Origin: Octopus vulgaris
Lineage: Eukaryota
DNA length: 64,000 nucleotides
NCBI GenBank assembly: GCA_951406725.2
Contig: OX597820.1
Span: 67,952,001-68,016,000 of the forward strand
Direction of reading: 5' to 3'
Within the stretch, counting starts at the first letter, position 1, and each line of letters begins with the position of its first letter. Below the pieces are notes generated by a model. That model saw only the letters and a program-made list of their open reading frames with translations. It did not search any database and was not told the DNA's origin. A program made the translations under genes and the position numbers. Positions 15,745-25,550 of the stretch are shown here, one piece after another.

Positions 15745-16430
15745 GTGCGTGGCTGTGTGGTAAGACGCCTGCTTCTCAACCATGTGGTTCTGGGTTAGGT
15801 CCCACGGCGTGGCACCTTGAGCAAGTGTCTTTTACTATAGCCTCGGGCCTACTAAAGCTTTGTGAGTGGATTTGGTAGACGGAAATTGAAAAAAGCCTGT
15901 CGTATATATATATATATATCTATATATATAAAACTGTAGTTGTGTAAGTGTCTGTCCCCTTCGATTTAGATTCCTAACTACTCCCACATTTTGCGGTGCA
16001 GTTTAACCAAATTCGGGTATCTTATAGTCGTGATTAATATCGAGCCCGTCTGAGTATTAGCGCGCGTCTACGATGAGTCTACGATTTAAAAAATAATTTA
16101 ACATCATTTTTTATTCCATTTTAATGCATAATTTTTCGTGTGTCGATGGCGGCGGAGTTGGCGTCCACGGTCACACCTGCACCTGTTTGCTTCTCCCCCT
16201 TCTTCCCTCCCTCGTGAAGCTGTGGGGAAGGGAGTGTAAGGAAATCAACGCCGTAATGCGTTGTCAAGGAGACCAGCGTTCTTTTAGAACAACGACTTCA
16301 TGGCTTGAAGACACCAAAACAGAAATGGCTAAGAAAGCCCGAATTGGCATCTATAAGGGAAGTAACTCTCTAAAAATGCTTATATAGTTATTTCCCTTAC
16401 AAACCCGAGCAACGCCGGGCGATACTGCTA

Positions 16431-16484
<54 letters not shown>

Positions 16485-16705
16485 GTGTATGTGTGTCTTT
16501 GTGCCTGTGCTTATCCCCGCCCCATTACCACTTGACAGCCAGTGTCGATGTGTTTACATCCCCGTAACTTAACGGTTCGGCAAACTTGACCAATGCAATA
16601 AGTACTGGGCTTTAAAAATAGAAGTCGTGGGGTCGATTTCTTCGACTGAGACCATTCAAGTTGGTGCCCCAGCATGGCCGCAATCATGACTGAAACAAGT
16701 AAAAG
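15745..16705 (+). mobile_element. SINE family A copy interrupted by a Helitron-type element
   Basis: Head at 15745-15903, 3' half at ~16485-16705. Confidence 0.8.
15919..16431 (+). mobile_element. Non-autonomous Helitron-type element nested in the internal (TA)n of a SINE
   Basis: 5' TC; 3' hairpin cccg-agcaacgc-cggg then CTAG; inserted between A and T; second copy at 23714-24018. Confidence 0.75.
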
Positions 16706-16734
16706 CAATGTGTGTGTGTGTGTGTGTGTGTGCG

Positions 16735-16788
<54 letters not shown>

Positions 16789-17129
16789 CGTTGTGTGTTT
16801 CGGCTTAATCTGTCGACCGATCTATAGAGACAACTTGTTCCGTTAGAGTCCTTAATGGGTTCATTCTGTTGCATTCAACCAGGTCTCCGGTGCAAAAATA
16901 ACATTTTTTATTTTGCCCAACTAGTATTGGAGAACCTGGAAAATACTAACGAACGCTACCCTTCTTTCGTGTCACTAAATCATTAAAAAACACACGGTCT
17001 ATTATTGCAATTTTTTCTTGAAAATCATATTTCATTCTCTTAATACTCATTTGTATATTATTTCAAATTCTTGAAGAAACTAGCGTTTTAGAAATATTCG
17101 TTCTTTATTTATTCTTTTATTTATTTTTT

Positions 17130-17328
17130 TTACTTGGTTCAGTCATTTGACTGCGACCATGCTGGAGCATCACCTTTAGTCAAACAAATCGACCCCAGGA
17201 CTTATACTTTGTAAGCCTAGTATTTATTCTATCGGTTTTTTTGATCGAACCGCTAGGTTAAGGGGACGTATAGACGCCAACATCGGTTGTGAAGCGATGC
17301 TGGAGAACAAACACAGACACACAAATAC

Positions 17329-17405
<77 letters not shown>

Positions 17406-17456
17406 TGCAGGTGTGGCTGTATGGTAATAACCACATAGCTCCGGGTTATATATATG

Positions 17457-17502
<46 letters not shown>

Positions 17503-17589
17503 GTGCAGGTGTGGCTGTGTGGTAAGGACCACGCAGTGGGACTGAACCCGGAGCCATGTAGTTCTTACCACACAGCCACACCTGCACTT
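17130..17589 (-). mobile_element. SINE family A, rearranged (3' half plus duplicated/inverted head pieces)
   Basis: Homology to 19786-20170. Confidence 0.7.
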
Positions 17590-17650
17590 ATATATATATA
17601 TAAATTAAATCCTAAATCTAATTTTTCCCTGTAAGTTTGGATTTACTCCC

Positions 17651-17696
<46 letters not shown>

Positions 17697-17697
17697 G

Positions 17698-17732
<35 letters not shown>

Positions 17733-17930
17733 TACATATACACGTAAATGTCGAACAATGGAAATGAGTGCTGAGAACCCTATTTCTTTATTAGTGAATT
17801 AAGGGTACCATTGGATTCATGTTAAGGAAAGTAGGAAGATAACCTAGTGTCTTAACAGATTTTTAAGCCAATCATATGGAAAAAGGTGTTCACATCTATG
17901 TGTTCACATGCATATATATATATATATGTA

Positions 17931-18006
<76 letters not shown>

Positions 18007-18871
18007 CACATGTATATACATGCGTACATATATGTGTATGTGTGTGTATATATATGTATGTGTGGGGGTGTATGGGCAGGGTTTTGTGCTCGACACACTA
18101 GAATTTTATTTTTCAGTTCACAATTCTCATTTACTCAGAGACTTATTTTAAAAATCGATATTATAAAAACCTTTTCCAATCAACTAAAGGAAATTAGTTC
18201 ATCCCGGGATCGAAACCGCGCACTCGGACATGACTCACTGTGAACTTACCTGTATTAGTTTATTCTAACACCATTCACACCACATTGACTTTTTCTGAAA
18301 AATATATCAATAACATTAACAACATTTGCAGTTGTGTACGACAGTCGGATGTCCCCAGGAGTGAAACTTGCTTCTACTGTCCGAACTGTATCTTGCAATG
18401 GTCAGCTCTGTTCATGGCTGAATAAATCCAATTATAACTCTACTTCACCCCTACGATCTCTAACACTTTTTCTTTTCTTCTCCCCCCCTTACATTCTGTA
18501 CAACATTTTCTTCCCTATATTCTTTTGTTTTCTTTTGTATATTTTTTTTTTATAAATATGTTATATTATTTTTGTTTTTCATCGTAAGGCATCTTGTTTA
18601 AGGTTAACGTCACAACCGGGTCAGTGTCGAAGCCTCGGGTCTCGAACCTAGTCCTTATTAAATACAAGATGGTATTGACAACAACATACTAATGTATCAA
18701 CCATCGTAGCTTTCAATAGGATCTTAAACCATGCAACATACAGCTGTGCACCTTAATAGGGACTTCGGGCTATATAAGGTACCTAACCTTTATTTTATTA
18801 TATCGTATTTATATTTAAAACATCTGTGTCTCCTTCTCTCCCAATACACACACACACACACACATATATAT

Positions 18872-18940
<69 letters not shown>

Positions 18941-19026
18941 CATATATATATGTGTGTATATGTATATGTGTATATATATTTATATATACATATACATATA
19001 CATATACATATATATATATGTGTATA

Positions 19027-19077
<51 letters not shown>

Positions 19078-19106
19078 CTTCTTTCGCGTGCATTTTCCCC
19101 TTTTAT

Positions 19107-19157
<51 letters not shown>

Positions 19158-19681
19158 GTTAGCTTGTCTTAATATCTTTACATACATACGTACACATTCA
19201 CGCGTGTGCACACACAGACAGATAATTCCCTCTCGCTCTTTCTCACTCTTTCTCTCTTTCTTTCGGCTTCCTTTCTTTCTTCTCCTCAAAGCTTCCTTTT
19301 CTTTGTTCAGATGTTTTTTTCTTCTAGTTTTTCTTTCGATCACCTCCACCCTAGCCACCACCCACCAGTCACCAGCCTACACCAACATCATTATCATCGC
19401 ATACAGCTTTAAACAATAATAAAATAACGTGGCAAACGATAGGGTAAGGGATTAAATAGATTCTCTCACGCTTCAACGTTCAAATCTTGCTGGGTCGTCG
19501 CAGTTTTTCATTTCTAAGGGCTCGACAAATTAAACACCAGCAATATGTAACTACATACTGCCATACGCGCGCGTGCACACACACACACACACAAATATAT
19601 ACATGCATACATACATACATATATACTTATATACATACATACATGCACACATACATTCATCCATATATGAATATATGTGTG

Positions 19682-19718
<37 letters not shown>

Positions 19719-19740
19719 TTACCACACAGCCACTCCTGCG

Positions 19741-19785
<45 letters not shown>

Positions 19786-19788
<3 letters not shown>

Positions 19789-20170
19789 CGCAGGAGTGGC
19801 TGTGTGGTAAGTAGCTTGCTAACCAACCACATGGTTCCGGGTTCAGTCCACTGCGTGGCATCTTGGGCAAGTGTCTTCTGCTATAGCCTCGGGCCGACCA
19901 AAGCCTTGTGAGTGGATTTGGTAGACGGAAACTGAAAGAAGCCTGTCGTATATATGTATATATATATGTATGTGTGTGTATATGTTTGTCTGTGTCCCTC
20001 TAGCATTGCTTGACAACCGATGCTGGTATGTTTACGTCCCCGTCACTTAGCGGTTCGGCAAAAGAGACCTGGGCTTACAAAGAATAAGTCCCGGGGTCGA
20101 TTTGCTCGACTAAAGGCGATGCTCCAGCATGGTCGCAGTCAAAATGACTGAAACAAGTAAAAGAGTAAAT
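19786..20170 (+). mobile_element. tRNA-derived SINE family A (full length, internal TA/TG microsatellite)
   Basis: A-box TGGCTGTGTGG, B-box-like GGTTCAGTCC, tail ...gactgaaacaagtaaaagag; about 20 full or partial copies in the window. Confidence 0.85.
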
Positions 20171-20562
20171 AGTTTTTTCTTGTGCTTGTGCTTATATAGA
20201 CGTATGTATGAACCTTTACGGTACGCGTGTGTGTGTATGAGTTTGTATATATATGCGTATACATTTGGCGAAAAATGCGAGTGAAGATGTCTATGTTTTC
20301 ATAGTGACGTATAAGTACGTACGTGAGTCCGCGAGCGCACATGTAAGCGTATGAGTAGTCATGTTTACGTGTTTACTATAAACTTTTAATCTTAATTTAT
20401 ATAAGTAGCGGAATTATAGCACAGTAATTTACCTTTATATAACGGTATTTTTTCATAACGTTTTTCAGATGGCCAGATAACCGAAGAGATGGTGTTGTGG
20501 ATTTCTAGTTCGGGATCCGAAATTCAGAGTTTTATCTTGACTATTGAATAATTGTAACATAT

Positions 20563-20600
<38 letters not shown>

Positions 20601-20755
20601 CATAAGGGACTAAAGCCATCTGAATATGGCTAGGGACAGGGCAGGGTGGTGGGGGTGTTACTGTTGCATTTAGCCCCAGGCGAACATCGACGTCACCAGA
20701 AAGGCCCGACACCGTCACGGTGTCCTTAACCTGCAAAGGGAGGTAATTCCCCGAT

Positions 20756-20829
20756 GAAGCGGAAACCACACACGGACCATGGTTTCAAGGTGTATTGCCT
20801 ATCGTCGGCGTGTGGTAGGCTTCCGCTTC
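20756..20829 (-). ncRNA. Type I hammerhead ribozyme (array copy 1)
   Basis: Reverse complement of the motif at 21839-21912. Confidence 0.75.
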
Positions 20830-21115
20830 CTCGACGAATTCTCACTCTGCAGGATATTCATATATAGATTTTCAAGCAAAATACATTTGCTGATTTCGAA
20901 AATCTGTTCGAAAGCAATAATAATTCTCTAAAAGAGATATAGACAGTAACTGCTCGATAACATAAGGGACTAAAGCCATCTGAATATGGCTAGGGACAGG
21001 GCAGGGTGGTGGGGGTGTTACTGTTGCATTTAGCCCCAGGCGAACATCGACGTCACCAGAAAGGCCCGACACCGTCACGGTGTCCTTAACCTGCAAAGGG
21101 AGGTAATTCCCCGAT

Positions 21116-21189
21116 GAAGCGGAAACCACACACGGACCATGGTTTCAAGGTGTATTGCCTATCGTCGGCGTGTGGTAGGCTTCCGCTTC
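21116..21189 (-). ncRNA. Type I hammerhead ribozyme (array copy 2)
   Basis: Reverse complement of the motif at 21839-21912. Confidence 0.75.
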
Positions 21190-21478
21190 CTCGACGAATT
21201 CTCACTCTGCAGGATATTCATATATAGATTTTCAAGCAAAATACATTTGCTGATTTCGAAAATCTGTTCGAAAGCAATAATAATTCTCTAAAAGAGATAT
21301 AGACAGTAACTGCTCGATAACATAAGGGACTAAAGCCATCTGAATTGTTATCGAGCAGTTACTGTCTATATCTCTTTTAGAGAATTATTATTGCTTTCGA
21401 ACAGATTTTCGAAATCAGCAAATGTATTTTGCTTGAAAATCTATATATGAATATCCTGCAGAGTGAGAATTCGTCGAG

Positions 21479-21552
21479 GAAGCGGAAGCCTACCACACGC
21501 CGACGATAGGCAATACTCCTTGAAACCATGGTCCGTGTGTGGTTTCCGCTTC
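21479..21552 (+). ncRNA. Type I hammerhead ribozyme (array copy 3); predicted cleavage after C21533
   Basis: Stem I cacacg(21494-99)/cgtgtg(21534-39); core CCGACGA (21500-06); stem II agg..cct; GAAA (21522-25); stem III AC-CATG-GT; GUC triplet; distal stem I gaagcggaagcc/ggtttccgcttc beyond a UAC bulge. Confidence 0.75.
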
Positions 21553-21838
21553 ATCGGGGAATTACCTCCCTTTGCAGGTTAAGGACACCGTGACGGTGTC
21601 GGGCCTTTCTGGTGACGTCGATGTTCGCCTGGGGCTAAATGCAACAGTAACACCCCCACCACCCTGCCCTGTCCCTAGCCATATTCAGATGGCTTTAGTC
21701 CCTTATGTTATCGAGCAGTTACTGTCTATATCTCTTTTAGAGAATTATTATTGCTTTCGAACAGATTTTCGAAATCAGCAAATGTATTTTGCTTGAAAAT
21801 CTATATATGAATATCCTGCAGAGTGAGAATTCGTCGAG

Positions 21839-21912
21839 GAAGCGGAAGCCTACCACACGCCGACGATAGGCAATACACCTTGAAACCATGGTCCGTGTGT
21901 GGTTTCCGCTTC
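21839..21912 (+). ncRNA. Type I hammerhead ribozyme (array copy 4); predicted cleavage after 21893
   Basis: Same fold, loop II caataca. Confidence 0.75.
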
Positions 21913-22198
21913 ATCGGGGAATTACCTCCCTTTGCAGGTTAAGGACACCGTGACGGTGTCGGGCCTTTCTGGTGACGTCGATGTTCGCCTGGGGCTAAAT
22001 GCAACAGTAACACCCCCACCACCCTGCCCTGTCCCTAGCCAAATTCAGATGGCTTTAGTCCCTTATGTTATCGAGCAGTTACTGTCTATATCTCTTTTAG
22101 AGAATTATTATTGCTTTCGAACAGATTTTCGAAATCAGCAAATGTATTTTGCTTGAAAATCTATATATGAATATCCTGCAGAGTGAGAATTCGTCGAG

Positions 22199-22272
22199 GA
22201 AGCGGAAGCCTACCACACGCCGACGATAGGCAATACACCTTGAAACCATGGTCCGTGTGTGGTTTCCGCTTC
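22199..22272 (+). ncRNA. Type I hammerhead ribozyme (array copy 5); predicted cleavage after 22253
   Basis: Same fold as copy 4. Confidence 0.75.
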
Positions 22273-22473
22273 ATCGGGGAATTACCTCCCTTTGCAGGTT
22301 AAGGACACCGTGACGGTGTCGGGCCTTTCTGGTGACGTCGATGTTCGCCTGGGGCTAAATGCAACAGTAACACCCCCACCACCCTGCCCTGTCCCTAGCC
22401 ATATTCAGATGGCTTTAGTCCCTTATGTTATCGAGCAGTTACTGTCTATATCTCTTTTAGAGAATTATTATTG

Positions 22474-22534
<61 letters not shown>

Positions 22535-22536
<2 letters not shown>

Positions 22537-22765
22537 CTCTTTTACACGTTTCAGTCCATTTGACTGCGGCCATGCTTGAGTATCGCCTTTAGCCGAAGAA
22601 ATCGACCCCAGTACTTGTTCTTTGTAAGCGTAGTGCTTATTCTATCGGCCTCTTTTACTGAAACGCTAAGTCTGAGGGACATAATCACACACTAACATCA
22701 GTTACCAAACGATGGTGGGAGGACAAACACAAACACGAAGACACACATACATAAATATCTATACA
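22535..22765 (-). mobile_element. SINE family A 3' half
   Basis: Homology; abuts the (TA)n flanking the 360-bp array. Confidence 0.75.
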
Positions 22766-23462
22766 TATACAGTAATCCCTCGCCATATCGCAGTTTATCT
22801 ATCGCGGTTCACCTATCGCGTTTTCTTATTTAAGCTTACGTTGATTCCTCTGTAGTGTTGTTTGCATTTGTAATAAAATAAATATATACAAATTATAAAA
22901 GTAATTAAAGAAATATACAGTACAGTACTGTTTTTCCTATCGTATGTTTTCATCCATCCATCCATCAATCTATACATCCATCCATCCATACATACATAAA
23001 TACATACATACATACATACATACATACATACATACATACATACATACATACATGCATGCATTCATACACAAGTACATACATATGGTCTACAGGTATCACA
23101 ACGGCTAGAAAGGGACCAGTAGACACTCTTGCTCATAGAATACGGACACAGGTCAGGTGTTGGTAGCCAGCTGGTAAAGATGTTTTCCTGGGGCTCAAAA
23201 GTAGTAACATCGTCCAGCGTAGGACTGCCAGATTGTGTTGGTAAATAGACTTTACTGTACATACTGTTACTAAATATTTCTCGCTCAGAGATTTAAAACG
23301 AGTTGCTTTTCTCTTTTCGAGATCAGCGATTCTGTGCCGCTTTAAAAGTATATACTGTAAACAAGAGCGAGTGGCTGCTATCTCTAGCCGGCGGTTGTCC
23401 TGTACCGACGAAAGGAAATTACCCAGAAACTAGTTGCTTCTCTCTCTCTCTCTCCCTCTCTG

Positions 23463-23495
<33 letters not shown>

Positions 23496-23713
23496 GTTCT
23501 TTTATTCTTTTACTTGTTTCAGTCGTTCGACTGCGGCCATGCTGGAGCACTGCCTCTAGTCTAACACACACACGCACACACACACACGACTCAGATAACA
23601 TTTTATAACACGTTTGATGCATTCATGCAATATTCAGGTATTTTGTTTGTATTTTTGTTGAGCTTACCTTCACGGAAAAGTATAGTATAGTATAGTATAG
23701 TATAGTATATATA

Positions 23714-24018
23714 TCTTTATATATAAAACTGAAGTTGTGTGAGAGTCTGTCTCCTCCGATTTAGATTCCTAACTACTCCCACATTTTGCGGTGCAGTTTA
23801 ACCAAAAGCGGGTATCTTATAGTCGTGATTCATATCGAGCCCTTCTGGGTATTAGCGCGCGTCTACGATGAGCTTACGATTTAAAAAAAAAATTACCATC
23901 ATTTTTTCGTTTTTTAAATGCATTTTTTGCTTGGTTTATATAAGGGAAGTAACTCTCTAAAAATGCTTATATAGTTATTTCCTTTACAAACCCGAGCAAC
24001 GCCGGGCGATACTGCTAG
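23714..24018 (+). mobile_element. Non-autonomous Helitron-type element (shorter copy of 15919-16431)
   Basis: Same 5' TC and 3' hairpin+CTAG termini; lacks ~200 bp of internal sequence. Confidence 0.75.
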
Positions 24019-24385
24019 TATAACATAAAATCCGTTCTGTCTGTCTGTGTGTGTGTCTTCTAGGATCTCGGGCAACCTCCATCCGATTGCGCTCAAATTT
24101 GATATGTAGATACCGACGATATCAGGGCGTGTATAAGTCTTGAAAAATTACAAAAATCAATTCCAGGTGAGAATGCGATCGATAAAGCCGTGGGAACGTG
24201 CATTTGTAAAATCGTTTTTCTTGGAATAGAAAAAAGTCTATCTTTATTTCTTCTTTTGCTGGTGTCTCAAATTTAGGTTAAATCAGTGTTTCTGAAAGGG
24301 GACGATCGGACAAGTTGCTTTGAGAAAATTTGGTTTAAATGTTTGACAACACAGCACCGTCCATTGGACGGGGGCGTTTTGCTCG
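24019..24385 (+). mobile_element. Second Helitron-like element abutting the previous one
   Basis: 5' (ctgt)n/(gt)n run; 3' hairpin ccgtcca-t-tggacgg (24357-24371) followed by CTCG (CTAG variant) and TA. Confidence 0.5.
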
Positions 24386-24552
24386 TATATATATATATGT
24401 ATGTATATGTATATACATACATACAAGTAGATTATGTATATAGAAAGAGAAAAGAGAAAGAGAGAGGGAGAGACAACCAGACACATATATATTCTTTTTG
24501 GACACACACACACACATTACATATACACATATATATGTATAGATTTATACTC

Positions 24553-24740
24553 TAGGCACAAGGCCCGAAATATTTGGGGAGGGAGCCAGTCGATTATATC
24601 GACCCCAGTGCGTAACTAGTACTTATTTAATCGACCCCGAAAGGATGAAAGGCAAAGTCGACCTCGCCGGAATTTGAACTCAGAACGTAGCGGCAGACGA
24701 AATACTAACGGCATGCTAACGATTCTGCCAGCTCGCCGCC
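24553..24740 (-). mobile_element. SINE family B (alternative tail)
   Basis: Homology; other degenerate copies near 5245-5447, 34151-34337, 40010-40160 and 61280-61490. Confidence 0.75.
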
Positions 24741-24842
<102 letters not shown>

Positions 24843-24889
24843 TGTATATATATGACATATATACATGTGTATATATATGTATATGCATG

Positions 24890-24958
<69 letters not shown>

Positions 24959-25460
24959 ATGTATGTGTGTGGAATTCAAGTGAGCATCTTAACTTCGGTG
25001 TCGTCCCTCTGTTGATCCTTTGATAAAGACTTTCCACCGAAAAGTTCGATTCACTAGTGCTTCCTTTTGTGTATTTATTTCCATTGTACTCTTCTTTGAA
25101 TATTGTATTCCTTTTATGTTTCTAAGCCACTTTTTCCTTTTTTCATGTGCTTTCCTTTGTCTGACGCCATGTATAGTTTTCGCATGTTGGTTGATTTATC
25201 GCGCGCGCACACACGCACACACACATTAATTGCTTGTTGGAACTCCTTATTTCATTTTCCAACCATTATATACTACGAATTATATTAAAGGTTTACAAGT
25301 CTATGCTGTGTTCTATTTTTTTGTTTGCAGTGCGTTTTTTTCTTTTCATTTTTAAGTTTATATCTACGGATTATCTCCAGAATTGAGAGCTAGAGCTGAA
25401 AGTTACACCTTATATCATTGAGTGAACGAACGGATGAACGGATCTCTCTCTCTCTCTGTT

Positions 25461-25542
<82 letters not shown>

Positions 25543-25550
25543 AATCTATC

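Larger units (their letters stand above)
20597..22475. mobile_element. Retrozyme-like array of ~5.2 near-identical 360-bp units (~2.1 units on - strand 20597-21345, ~3.1 units on + strand 21346-22475) inserted in (TA)n
   Basis: Exact 360-bp periodicity, also visible as repeated ORFs at 21539/21899/22259. Only 2 substitutions noticed (21517, 22042). One hammerhead fold per unit. (TA)n on both flanks. Confidence 0.85.

Noticed and set aside
20461-20545. Possible plus-strand exon after tttttcag
   Set aside because: No good donor site and no recognisable peptide.
20751-20790. Opposite-polarity hammerhead (CCGAUGA-agcg-GAAAC) that would make the unit ambisense like a viroid
   Set aside because: No stem II and no stem I partner after a cleavage triplet; it is the reverse complement of the real stem I.
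21630-21705. Twister-like GUCCCUAGCC motif in the unit
   Set aside because: The flanking P4/P2 helices and pseudoknots cannot be formed.
21539-21796. 85-aa ORF repeated in every 360-bp unit; possible endless ORF on a 360-nt circle
   Set aside because: GTG start, no recognisable domain, and this frame has three stops per unit, so there is no rolling-circle ORF.
22768-22830. pogo/Tigger-like TIR start (tacagtaatccctcg)
   Set aside because: No matching right TIR found in the window; too little evidence to call an element.
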